DNA from: Acidobacteriota bacterium
GTDB lineage: Bacteria > Acidobacteriota > UBA890 > WLXD01
Length of the DNA stretch: 64,000 nt
Assembly (NCBI GenBank): GCA_965248695.1
Contig: CBDFKD010000002.1
Span: 3,456,001-3,520,000, forward strand
Direction of reading: 5' to 3'
Each line of letters begins with the position of its first letter. Position 1 is the stretch's first letter. Positions 19,156 to 27,567 of this stretch are shown piece after piece. Position numbers and translations under genes: made by a program. The notes under the pieces are model-generated. The model saw only the letters and a list, made by a program, of their open reading frames with translations, did no database searches and had not been told where the DNA came from.

Positions 19156-20262
19156 CTAGCCTGGTCCAGAGGAAGCCTGGAACATCGGTAGATAAACCGA
19201 TGCCAGGATCACCGCAACGACAACACCCATGCCGACGACGATGAGTGGCTCCATGAGCCCAGTGACGCGTTCGACCTGAACCTTGACGCGCTCGCGGTAG
19301 AACTTGGCAATGTGCGCCAGCGACTCCGGCAGCGTTCCCGACTGCTCACCGATGCGCACCATGCTGATCACGAGGTCGGTGTAGAGCAACGTTTGTGTGA
19401 GCGCGTCGGCCAACGAGCTACCGCGTGCCACCCGGGCGTTCACGCTCTTGAGGGCTCCGGCGTACACGGCGTTGTTGTTGAACATTTCACGTACTGCGCG
19501 GAGGGCCTCCAACAATGGCATGCCACTGCGGAGCAAGAGCGAGAGGTTGGAGGTGAACTTCTCCATTGCCGTCTGGATAACCAGATCGCCGACAACCGGG
19601 GTCGCGATTAGGAGTACGTCCTTGACGTTGCGGCCGTTCGGTGTGCGCACGTAGCGTCGCAACAGGAACACGCCGACAATCGTGCCGCCGATCATCTTGA
19701 AGCCGTTGGCCTGCAGAAACTCCGACAGACCGACGACCCACTGAGTGATCAGCGGTAGTTCACCGCCCATGTCCTGAAAGAACTCGGCGAACGTCGGCAC
19801 CACCTTCCACAGCATGACGACGACACACAGTACCGAGATTCCACCGAGCACCGCGGGGTAGGTGAGCGCACCGATGACATCGCTGCGGATCTGCTTGGCG
19901 TTGCGGATGGTGTCGTTGAGCTCGCGAAGCACGAACGACAGCTGCCCAGAGAGCTCGCCGACGCGAAGCACCTCGATCCACTGGGGCTCGAAGGCCTTGG
20001 GGTGCGCCGCCGCAGCCTCTGCAAACGATCGCCCGGACGCCACCTGACTCGCAACGATGCGAAGGGCGTCTCGGAGGTGATCGCTCTCGGTTTGCGCCGC
20101 CGAGATCTGCAAAGCTCCGAGCAGCGGCGTACCCGAATCGAGGAGGATGCTGAGCTGCTCGAAGAATGTGATCTTGTCGTCGACGGTGGCCTTCTTGTGG
20201 CGCTTCGAGCGCACCCTGGCCAGCGCCTGGAAGCGCGAAGTCCCAGCGGCTGCGGTCGCCAT
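19156..20262 (-). CDS. pilC: Type IV pilus/T2SS inner-membrane platform protein PilC/GspF
   Basis: QLSILLDSGTPLLGAL, GELSGQL, ALTYP, GEQSGTL and MEPLIVV...YLPMF motifs. Confidence 0.92.
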   Translation of the reverse strand: MATAAAGTSRFQALARVRSKRHKKATVDDKITFFEQLSILLDSGTPLLGALQISAAQTESDHLRDALRIVASQVASGRSFAEAAAAHPKAFEPQWIEVLRVGELSGQLSFVLRELNDTIRNAKQIRSDVIGALTYPAVLGGISVLCVVVMLWKVVPTFAEFFQDMGGELPLITQWVVGLSEFLQANGFKMIGGTIVGVFLLRRYVRTPNGRNVKDVLLIATPVVGDLVIQTAMEKFTSNLSLLLRSGMPLLEALRAVREMFNNNAVYAGALKSVNARVARGSSLADALTQTLLYTDLVISMVRIGEQSGTLPESLAHIAKFYRERVKVQVERVTGLMEPLIVVGMGVVVAVILASVYLPMFQASSGPG

Positions 20263-21989
20263 CAGTGCCCCCCCAACGTAACTCGAAGTGCCTCTTCAAG
20301 GCTGGTGAGGCCGGCTGTTGCCTTTGCCAGGGCATCCTGCTCGAGGCTTTCCATCCCATCGGCACGGGCGGCATTACGAATCACGCTCAGTTTCTCGCCA
20401 GCGGTGATCATCTCGCTGAGCTCGTCGGTGATTCGGACTACTTCGAAGACACCCACGCGACCGGCGTAGCCGGATTGCCGGCACTGATCGCAACCCACCG
20501 GCTTGTAGAGCACCGCATCGCTCTCCAATTGATGCTTCTCGATCATGTCCTCGGGGGGTTGGTAGGCCTCCTTGCAGTCCTTGCAGAGGCGGCGAATGAG
20601 CCGCTGCGCTTCGATGAGCCGCAGGGTCGAAGCGATCAGGAAGGGCTCGATGCCCATGTCGGCCAGCCGGTCGATCGACGACATGGCGTCGTTGGTGTGC
20701 AGCGTCGACAGGACCAGGTGACCGGTTAGCGCCGCGCGAAGGCAGATCTGTGCCGTCTCGTGATCGCGCACCTCACCAACCATGATGACGTCGGGGTCTT
20801 GGCGCAAGAAGGCGCGCAGCACGCGCTTGAAATCGAGGCCGATGGCCGACTTCGTTTGCACTTGGCCGATCCCCGGGTACTTGTACTCCACCGGGTCTTC
20901 GACGGTGACGATGTTGACCTCCGGCGAGACGAGCATGTTGAGCGTGGCGTAGAGCGTTGTCGACTTGCCGCTGCCGGTGGGACCGGTAACGAAGATGAGG
21001 CCGTGCGGCGAGTGCGCCGCCACGTCGAAGTCCGCCAGCTGGCGCTCGCGGAAACCGAGTGCCGCGAGATCGGTCGGCGCAGCCGACTTGTTGAGCACCC
21101 GCATGACCATCTTCTCGCCGAAGACGGTCGGCACTGTCGACACGCGCCAGTCGATGTCGTTCGTGCCCAACTTCGTCGTGAAGGCACCATCCTGCGGCAC
21201 GCGCTTCTCTGCGATGTCCATCTTCGACAGTACCTTGAAGCGCGATACCAGCGGAACGAAGAGCGACTTGTGCGGTGGGGTCATCTCGATCAACTTGCCG
21301 TCGATGCGAAACCGAACCTTGACGAAATCGGGATACTGCTCCAAGTGCACGTCGCTGGCGCGTTCGTCGATTGCAGAAGTGAGGATGAAGTTCGCCAGTC
21401 GGATGACCTGGTTCTCGCGGCTCTTCGAAACCGGCTTGTCGAGGTCGAGGACCTCCTCGGCGTCCTCGTCATCTTCTTCCTCTTCTTCTTCTTCTTCCTC
21501 GACCCCCTCGCTGGCCATCTCGCGGACCATGTCACGGGCGCCCCAGAGCTCATCGAGCGCATGCCCGATGTCCTCGTACGAGGCCACCGCGATGGTGACC
21601 ATGAGGCCGGTGTACAGCCGCGTCTCCTGCAGGAGGTAAGGATCGGTCGGATCAACGACAGCCACATGCACCTGCAGGCCGTCGCTGCGAACCGGAATGA
21701 GACGACGCTCGCGAGCGAACTGCTCCGAGACCAACGCGCAGAGCGTCTCGTCCGGCTTCCCTTCGGCAAAGAGGTCGGTAACCAGGGGAACCTGGAAGCG
21801 CTCTGCGTAGACTTCGGCCAACCGGGTAGGCGCGAGGGATGTCGACTCGACCAGCGCTTCTTCCAGCGCAATCGATTTGCGCGACTGAATCTGCTCGACC
21901 TTGCTTGCCTGCTCGTTGGATATTTCGCCGCTATCCAGCAGCGCCGAGATCAGTGGAGCGCGCGCAAAGGAGGTTTCGGTATCGATCAT
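20262..21989 (-). CDS. pilB: Extension ATPase PilB/GspE
   Basis: ASDVHLE, MDIAEKRVPQDG, Walker A GPTGSGKS, TVEDPVEY, LRQDPDVIMVGEVRD, TGHLVLSTLHTN, tetracysteine CKDC/CDQC. Confidence 0.95.
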   Translation of the reverse strand: MIDTETSFARAPLISALLDSGEISNEQASKVEQIQSRKSIALEEALVESTSLAPTRLAEVYAERFQVPLVTDLFAEGKPDETLCALVSEQFARERRLIPVRSDGLQVHVAVVDPTDPYLLQETRLYTGLMVTIAVASYEDIGHALDELWGARDMVREMASEGVEEEEEEEEEDDEDAEEVLDLDKPVSKSRENQVIRLANFILTSAIDERASDVHLEQYPDFVKVRFRIDGKLIEMTPPHKSLFVPLVSRFKVLSKMDIAEKRVPQDGAFTTKLGTNDIDWRVSTVPTVFGEKMVMRVLNKSAAPTDLAALGFRERQLADFDVAAHSPHGLIFVTGPTGSGKSTTLYATLNMLVSPEVNIVTVEDPVEYKYPGIGQVQTKSAIGLDFKRVLRAFLRQDPDVIMVGEVRDHETAQICLRAALTGHLVLSTLHTNDAMSSIDRLADMGIEPFLIASTLRLIEAQRLIRRLCKDCKEAYQPPEDMIEKHQLESDAVLYKPVGCDQCRQSGYAGRVGVFEVVRITDELSEMITAGEKLSVIRNAARADGMESLEQDALAKATAGLTSLEEALRVTLGGH

Positions 21990-22037
21990 CGTTCGACGTC
22001 AGCGCTGAAGGAAGGGGCGTCGGCAAAAGGCAACGGA

Positions 22038-22078
22038 GGCGCGGTGACGGATCCAAGTAGACCCTCCACCACCGCGCC
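22038..22078 (-). terminator. Stem-loop 3' of major pilin copy 1
   Basis: GGCGCGGTG...CACCGCGCC 9-bp stem; related to the stem-loop after pilin copy 2. Confidence 0.55.
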
Positions 22079-22097
22079 CCATGAGGAGTCGCCTCAA

Positions 22098-22541
22098 TCA
22101 AGTGCCCATCGGGTTGATGGAGTCCAGCTCGTTGATGCTGCTGCTGTCGGCGTCGTAGCCGTCTTCGGTGAAAACGACCGTGTACTCGCCGTAACCGGCC
22201 GACGCACCCTTACGGGTCAGCGTCTGTGACCAGGAATCCTCGAGTGAACCGGTGCCGCCCGCCACGATCGTGCTGATGGTGAAGTACTTCGGCTCGCTGA
22301 GCTCGATGTCCAGCACCGCCGGATCATTTCCGTAGGTCGACTGGCGCGCGTGGTAGCGCTCCTGCGAGGCGCGGATCGAGCTCAAGTAGTTGAAGGCCTC
22401 CGAGGCCTTGGAACGCTCGACCGAGTCACGGAACCGCGGCACGGCGAAAGCCGCCAGGACGCCGATGATGATGATCACCACCGCCAACTCCACCAGCGTG
22501 AAGCCTTCCTGGCGCTTGGCGTTGAGACGTAAGCTGCTCAT
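22098..22541 (-). CDS. Type IV major pilin, copy 1
   Basis: QEG|FTLVELAVVIIIIGVLAAFAVP (G14, P22); 134-aa mature protein, no Cys; own promoter. Confidence 0.93.
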   Translation of the reverse strand: MSSLRLNAKRQEGFTLVELAVVIIIIGVLAAFAVPRFRDSVERSKASEAFNYLSSIRASQERYHARQSTYGNDPAVLDIELSEPKYFTISTIVAGGTGSLEDSWSQTLTRKGASAGYGEYTVVFTEDGYDADSSSINELDSINPMGT

Positions 22542-22618
22542 GTGTTTTCCCTCCGTTTCCAGACCGACTCATCATGAGTTATCTGAAGTTGTCAAAAGTT
22601 AGTAATAATCTAGATGAG

Positions 22619-22635
22619 AGCAATTAACATGCCAG
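22619..22635 (-). promoter_or_regulatory. sigma54 (-24/-12) promoter of pilin copy 1
   Basis: Minus strand CTGGCATGTTAATTGCT matches TGGCAY-N5-TTGCW, embedded in an AT-rich tract. Confidence 0.85.
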
Positions 22636-22741
22636 AACTTATTAGAAGTCATTTAAACGTTTCTACGTCCTACTGAGACCACCTGTGTCGCGTTTGTCGC
22701 GGACAACTGGACCCTCCTTCGGCACGTTTAGTGGGGTTCGC

Positions 22742-22781
22742 TGTCTCAGTTCGGCGCCAACGGGTGTCTCAGTTCGAGACC
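22742..22781. promoter_or_regulatory. Candidate enhancer (UAS) sites for pilin copy 1
   Basis: Direct repeat TGTCTCAGTTCG at 22742 and 22765; the second extends into the palindrome GTCTC-N5-GAGAC; about 109 and 132 bp from the -24 GG. Confidence 0.6.
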
Positions 22782-22825
22782 GAGTCGCAAACTGGCGCGC
22801 TCAGACCAGCGTCCGCTGCAGAGCG

Positions 22826-23830
22826 TCAGTTGGGGAGCTTCAGGGTCAGCTTCGCGCCCTGGCGCCGCACGTCGATATTCAATGGCTGGCCCTTCGGGGC
22901 TGCTTGGAGAACCGCGCGCGCCTCATCGAGCGTGCTCACTGGCTTACCGTTGACCGCCAGCAGGAGATCGTCGGGCTCAAGGCCGGTTAGGCCGAGCGCC
23001 GCTCCGGTCGGGTCCGCCGGTTCGGGCACCGCCACGGCCCCTAGGCCAGGGATCAAACTGGACAGTCCGGGCACTAACGCGAGTACCCCTGGAAGTGCCG
23101 CCGGCAACCCGGTCAGCGCGGGCACAGATGGCTCACCAGCCAGTACCGGATCGGGATCAAGTGCGACCATTGCGTTGTCCAACTCTTGGACCTCGGAGAA
23201 CTGGAGGCGAGCCTCTCCGTCGGTCGCTCGCAGAACGACCCTCATGGCATCGATGGAAGAGACGAATGCGTCGCGTACTTTGTCGCCCCGACGGACGATC
23301 GCATCGACACCCTCCAGGTCATCGCCCACCATCGCCCAGCGCTCGCCACCCACTTCCGAAAGCCCCACCAACCGTAGCCCGGGCATTTCGACCGGCGGCA
23401 AGGGCACGAGGGGCGCCTTCTTCTTTGTAGGCGGCGGACCGAGATAACGCGGCAGCGTTCGTATCGGGGCCGCGCTGCTCTCATCTTCGACAGCCGTCAG
23501 TACTTCGTGGTCCTCTTCTTCTTCTTCTTCTTCTTCTTCCTGCTCTGCGCTACTTGTAGGCGCGCCTTCGGTCAGAAGATCGCGACCTGTACGGATCCGC
23601 TTACCCTTTCGGGTATCGACAATGCCATCGTCCTCCGGCAGCGGAAACGGGCCCCAAACGCCGTCAAGATCGATGGCGTCCGGCAGCTCGACCGGCGGCG
23701 GCAACGGCCACGCATCGGCCCCCCCTGACTCATCCGTCCAACCCCCGTCGCCAGCCAGTGCCGACCAGCATAGATAAATCGAGACGGCAAAGGCCGTTCC
23801 GGCGACCACGAGCTGCTGGTTGACCTGCAT
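22826..23830 (-). CDS. GspC-like protein with HR-like domain and C-terminal PDZ
   Basis: N-terminal TM, acidic/Pro linker, LRLVGLSEVGGERWAMV...VRRGDKV...VSSIDAMRVVL, PDZ GLEPDDLLLAVNGKPV. Confidence 0.65.
   Translation of the reverse strand: MQVNQQLVVAGTAFAVSIYLCWSALAGDGGWTDESGGADAWPLPPPVELPDAIDLDGVWGPFPLPEDDGIVDTRKGKRIRTGRDLLTEGAPTSSAEQEEEEEEEEEDHEVLTAVEDESSAAPIRTLPRYLGPPPTKKKAPLVPLPPVEMPGLRLVGLSEVGGERWAMVGDDLEGVDAIVRRGDKVRDAFVSSIDAMRVVLRATDGEARLQFSEVQELDNAMVALDPDPVLAGEPSVPALTGLPAALPGVLALVPGLSSLIPGLGAVAVPEPADPTGAALGLTGLEPDDLLLAVNGKPVSTLDEARAVLQAAPKGQPLNIDVRRQGAKLTLKLPN
23516..23539 (-). repeat. (GAA)8 in-frame trinucleotide repeat encoding poly-Glu
   Basis: (TTC)8 on the plus strand inside the GspC-like gene. 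Confidence 0.85.
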
Positions 23831-23833
23831 CGC

Positions 23834-24391
23834 CTACCTCATCAATGCCGCGATCGACACCGTGCTCAGAAGAGTGCCGTTGTTGTCCTGTGAGCGGATC
23901 ACGATAACCCGGCAGAAGACCTCGTTGTATTCGAGCCAACCCAAGAACTTGACGAGGTTCGTGTACGGACCCTCGACCTCGACCCTGACAATGAGCCCGG
24001 TGTAGCCGGCGAACTTGATCCGGTCCTGTTTGCGGGGCTCGAAGCTCCGTAGCTTCAACCCGGCCAACCGCATGCCGTTCATGAGATGTTCGGACCAGAA
24101 ATTGACGTCTGCCTCTTCGGGCAATCGCGACTCGTAGATCTCGAGATACGTGCGCAGTGTCACGATCTCTTCGACCAGCGAGCCGCGCTCCTGAAGCCGC
24201 TCCAGTTCTTTCTGCCGCTTGGCGATGCCGCCTTCCAGCGGCCAGTAGACGAGGGCCACCGCGGCCAGGGCAACCAAGCTGAGCACGATGACCCGCAGCT
24301 TGCGGGGATCGCGAATGTATGGATCCAACGCCTTGAGTTGTGCTTGGATCGCCGAGCTCGACCCTCCTTTGCTGACCGGTTGGAACCCCAT
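23834..24391 (-). CDS. PilO/GspM-like protein
   Basis: Single TM, coiled coil, RLPEEADV...GLKLRSFEP...VEVEGPYTNLVKFLGWLE (PilO pattern); start ATG 24391. Confidence 0.75.
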   Translation of the reverse strand: MGFQPVSKGGSSSAIQAQLKALDPYIRDPRKLRVIVLSLVALAAVALVYWPLEGGIAKRQKELERLQERGSLVEEIVTLRTYLEIYESRLPEEADVNFWSEHLMNGMRLAGLKLRSFEPRKQDRIKFAGYTGLIVRVEVEGPYTNLVKFLGWLEYNEVFCRVIVIRSQDNNGTLLSTVSIAALMR

Positions 24392-24408
24392 GGTGCGACT
24401 CTCTCTCG

Positions 24409-25911
24409 CTATCGCGGCTGACAGACGATCGAGTAGCCGCTCGTCTCGGTGAAGCCCTCGCGGCGCCACTGCACCTCGGTAAGCTCAATGATCGGGAAAT
24501 ACTCGCCCACCGCCGAAGCACGCAGAGCCTCAAGGGCGTTATCAACGCCGTCAGGGACGGCGCCCCCGGGTCCGAGCGGTGCGGCTTCACTAATCAACAG
24601 ATAGCGATCGCCGAACTCCTTCTTTTGCTTGCGCGCCCATAGCGAATCCTCGGCCGTGATGGCGTTTACCCAGCTGTCGAGCGGCAAGGTGTCGGGGATG
24701 TCTGCAAGCAGCGGCGTCCAGGTCAGGCCGCCGGCCAGGTAGTCGGACATCGGAGTCACCGATTTCTTGAGCTCCTTGGCTTCGATCTTCAGTTGCGTAT
24801 TGGACAATGACTGGGCCCACTCCACCTGCTGCTGACGGATCATCGCCATACTCAGCTGGCCGTCGAGCGCAATCAGCTGAAAGCCCAAGACAGCTCCCAG
24901 CAACGCCGTAGCGCCAACCATCGCGACTGTCTCAGTCCAGGGCAAGGTCAGGAGGATCGATGGCGGGGGCTGGATCGAGCGCGCCAAGCTCAGGGCCGGC
25001 GCCGAAGACAGCGCGCCGAGGGCGAGCCCTTCTGCGATAGCCGCCGCATCGAGCGCCCGGTCGCCGCTTTGCTCGAGGTCCAGTTCCATGAGAGCCGAGA
25101 GCCGAGCCACGGTCTCTGCGTCGGCTGGCCCCTGGAGGATGAAGCGCGTCGGGGGTCCGGAGCCGATCTTCGAAACTGCTACGGTCGTCAACCGCACCAC
25201 GGCGCCAACGAGTGCATCGAGCCAGCCGTCGTGGTTGCGCGGAATCTCGTCCCATGCCAACGGCGTGCGGCCGCGCGACAACGCCGCGATGCAGTGACGC
25301 TCGCCCATCCAAACGCGAATCTCGGCCGCGCTCCCTTTCGGGGCGACCTCGCGGTAAGCGACCCGTAACGCCGCGGCGGCGGCCAGCTCGCATCGAGCCC
25401 GCCGCGCGCCCTCCGTGCCAACGTGTCGCAGTAAGCCACGCACGTCCGCCTCTTGGGCGGCTGCGACCAACAGATACGATGTCTTGGCGACGCTCACCTC
25501 GATGCGGTCCGATAACACGGTGCTCGATCCGGTTTTGTCCCCCTCGATATAAGCGCCCAGTGAGCCACCGCCCGCAGTTATCTCGTCCTTGCGCTCTGCC
25601 TCCAGCGCCACGAAGTAGCCCGCGCCGGCGTTCAACCCCACCGCGTAGCCGATGCGTGCCTGGTTGATTGCTTCGAACATCCGACGGATTCGGGCGATGT
25701 AATGCGCCAGCCTCGGCTGCGCGACCTCATCCTCGTCTGGCGTTGCCTCGGGCTCCTCGGGCGGCGGCACCTTACTCGGAGCGATTTCGGTGTCCCGCAC
25801 GCGAGCACCGAAGGGTGTCCGTACTGCCACCGCGCGGTGCATCTCTTCGCCGTCGACGTAGTAGCCGTAGGCGCGCCTCAACTCCATTCTCAGCAACGCC
25901 GAGACGCTCAT
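24409..25911 (-). CDS. PilM/PilN (GspL)-like fused alignment protein
   Basis: Large cytoplasmic domain (YLLVAAA, AIAEGLALG), one TM, then PilN-like WTPLLADIPDTLPLDSWVNAI; AAGGAG RBS before ATG 25911; directly upstream of the PilO-like gene. Confidence 0.6.
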   Translation of the reverse strand: MSVSALLRMELRRAYGYYVDGEEMHRAVAVRTPFGARVRDTEIAPSKVPPPEEPEATPDEDEVAQPRLAHYIARIRRMFEAINQARIGYAVGLNAGAGYFVALEAERKDEITAGGGSLGAYIEGDKTGSSTVLSDRIEVSVAKTSYLLVAAAQEADVRGLLRHVGTEGARRARCELAAAAALRVAYREVAPKGSAAEIRVWMGERHCIAALSRGRTPLAWDEIPRNHDGWLDALVGAVVRLTTVAVSKIGSGPPTRFILQGPADAETVARLSALMELDLEQSGDRALDAAAIAEGLALGALSSAPALSLARSIQPPPSILLTLPWTETVAMVGATALLGAVLGFQLIALDGQLSMAMIRQQQVEWAQSLSNTQLKIEAKELKKSVTPMSDYLAGGLTWTPLLADIPDTLPLDSWVNAITAEDSLWARKQKKEFGDRYLLISEAAPLGPGGAVPDGVDNALEALRASAVGEYFPIIELTEVQWRREGFTETSGYSIVCQPR

Positions 25912-26306
25912 CTCGTTGCTCCTTCGAGCTCGACAGCGCCTGCGGCGACCGCGAAGCTGCGCGGACAATCCTCTGAACGCCACCAGGCCAGCGCCTCATC
26001 GGAGACCAACCAGAGGCTCGCGGCTACGCGTTGAAACGCGACGAGCCGCTCGACGCGCTCGCCAGCGCGTACCGAGACGACCCGGCAGCTGTAGCGATCA
26101 CTGGGCGGCTGACCGGTCTTGAGCAGGTCCATGCCAACCGCGAGCACCGGACCGGAGATCGGCGCGTCGGAAGCCTCCCGGACGGAGCGCTCCTCCATGT
26201 GAAGCACCGACGACAAGCGCTGGTACGCCGCCGACCACATCATCAAGCCGACCAAAGTAAGCGCCAGCGCAGCCGGTATCGAGTAACCGTCCTCGGCGGC
26301 GAACAA
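25908..26306 (-). CDS. Minor pilin-like protein (PilX/GspK-like, lacks Glu5)
   Basis: GGAGG RBS then TTG gives MFAAEDG|YSIPAALALTLVGLMMW; non-Glu at position 5 is typical of PilX/GspK. Confidence 0.6.
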   Translation of the reverse strand: MFAAEDGYSIPAALALTLVGLMMWSAAYQRLSSVLHMEERSVREASDAPISGPVLAVGMDLLKTGQPPSDRYSCRVVSVRAGERVERLVAFQRVAASLWLVSDEALAWWRSEDCPRSFAVAAGAVELEGATR

Positions 26307-26308
26307 CG

Positions 26309-26773
26309 TCAGGCCTCCCCGAATAGCGCTTCGGGTTCTTGACCGCGAACCTCGAGCGTCAGATCCAGCCGGGTGCCGCCGGTGTCGAACTCGAGCGTCG
26401 CCACGACCCGACCGCCCGGGACGTCGGCGAAAAACTCCACATGGTCGACGTACGTCGCGACGAGGACCTCGCGCCCGTCTGGGGTTTCTCGCCACAGGCC
26501 CTGTTCACGCAACCCGTAGCTCACGGGGTCGCCGTCGATGATCAGCACCAAGACTCGGGAGTCCGCCGGCGGTACGACCACGGCGGCAAGGAGATCGGCC
26601 TGTAGGTACTCACGCGCGAGCTTCGCCTCGCGTACCAGCAGCGCCTGTGACTGCAGTCGGTTCATCCACAGCGCGATCGAACCCCAGGCGCTCGCGAAGG
26701 CCACCAGCGCAATGCTGCCGATGGTCACCGCGAGGACGAGCTCCAGTAGACCAATCCCGCGCTGCTCGCCCAT
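26309..26773 (-). CDS. Minor pilin (PilW/GspJ-like)
   Basis: QRG|IGLLELVLAVTIGSIALVAF; LQADLLAA; VSYGLREQGLWRE. Alternative start 26791. Confidence 0.75.
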   Translation of the reverse strand: MGEQRGIGLLELVLAVTIGSIALVAFASAWGSIALWMNRLQSQALLVREAKLAREYLQADLLAAVVVPPADSRVLVLIIDGDPVSYGLREQGLWRETPDGREVLVATYVDHVEFFADVPGGRVVATLEFDTGGTRLDLTLEVRGQEPEALFGEA

Positions 26774-26825
26774 TTCCGTTAGCGAATGCATGGTCCCGTG
26801 TCCTCGCCCGGATACAACAGCGACC

Positions 26826-26863
26826 GCGCCGTGACTGACGCTCGTAGACGCCGGTCACCGCGC
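26826..26863 (-). terminator. Stem-loop 3' of major pilin copy 2
   Basis: GCGCCGTGAC...GTCACCGCGC imperfect stem; shares GTGAC..GA...GTAGAC...CACCGCGC with 22038-22078. Confidence 0.5.
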
Positions 26864-26881
26864 AGCCGCAGGAGGGCCGCT

Positions 26882-27325
26882 TCAGGTGCCCATCGGGTTG
26901 ATGGAATCCAACGAGGCGATCGTGCCGTTGGTGGCGTCGTAACCGTCTTCGGTGAAGACGATCGTGTACTCACCGTAGCCGGCCGACGCGCCCTTGCGGG
27001 TCAGCGCCTGCGACCACGAGTCCTCGAGCGAACCGGTCGTACCGGGCTCGATCGTGCCGAGCGTGAAGTACTTCGGGTCGCTGAGCTTGATGTCCAAGTC
27101 GTCCGAATCGTCCGAATAGGTCGACTGGCGGGCGTGGAAACGCTCCTGTGCGGCGCGGACCGAGCTCAGGTAGTTGAAGGCCTCCGAGGCCTTGGAACGC
27201 TCAACCGAGTCGCGGAATCGCGGCACGGCGAAAGCCGCCAAGACACCGATGATGATGATCACCACCGCCAGCTCCGCCAGCGTGAAGCCTTCCTGGCGCT
27301 TGTTGTTGAGACGCAAGCTGCTCAT
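26882..27325 (-). CDS. Type IV major pilin, copy 2
   Basis: AGGAG RBS; QEG|FTLAELAVVIIIIGVLAAFAVP; 147 aa, 25 differences from copy 1 by manual alignment. Confidence 0.93.
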   Translation of the reverse strand: MSSLRLNNKRQEGFTLAELAVVIIIIGVLAAFAVPRFRDSVERSKASEAFNYLSSVRAAQERFHARQSTYSDDSDDLDIKLSDPKYFTLGTIEPGTTGSLEDSWSQALTRKGASAGYGEYTIVFTEDGYDATNGTIASLDSINPMGT

Positions 27326-27406
27326 GTTGCTACTCCTGGTTGTTGGAGTCGACATACCCGACTCCGCCGATCGGAGCCACTGTTGAATGTCTCCGGGCAA
27401 TGTACG

Positions 27407-27423
27407 AGCACGTTACATGCCAA
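27407..27423 (-). promoter_or_regulatory. sigma54 (-24/-12) promoter of pilin copy 2 and its operon
   Basis: Minus strand TTGGCATGTAACGTGCT (GG-N10-GC), with a very AT-rich tract upstream (27430-27517). Confidence 0.8.
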
Positions 27424-27530
27424 ACAGCGCGTTTTTACATGTTTAAATCATATATTCTATTTATTAATCACTTTTACTTATCATAACTAGCTAATTCTAA
27501 CTATTCAGATATATAATGGCCCCGTCCGCG

Positions 27531-27567
27531 AATCTCAGAACGGAGCATCCCTGTCTCGGATCGGGAC
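27531..27567. promoter_or_regulatory. Candidate enhancer (UAS) sites for pilin copy 2
   Basis: AATCTCAGAACGGAGC (27531) and TGTCTCGGATCGGGAC (27552), about 110 and 131 bp from the -24 GG, matching copy 1 in sequence and spacing. Confidence 0.55.

Noticed and set aside
20760-22229. Long antisense ORFs (also 7868-9340, 33257-35104, 46265-47704, 57927-59480)
   Set aside because: Shadow frames opposite well-supported genes in high-GC DNA, with no recognisable motifs.
22098-27325. Pilin pair as template and variable repeat of a diversity-generating retroelement
   Set aside because: Differences are not adenine-specific (e.g. GTG vs GCG at residue 4), both copies are full genes with promoters, and no reverse transcriptase is in the window.
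27430-27517. AT-rich island as a replication origin or foreign insertion
   Set aside because: Better explained as the spacer between enhancer-like sites and the sigma54 promoter; a similar tract flanks the other pilin promoter and no DnaA-box cluster was seen.
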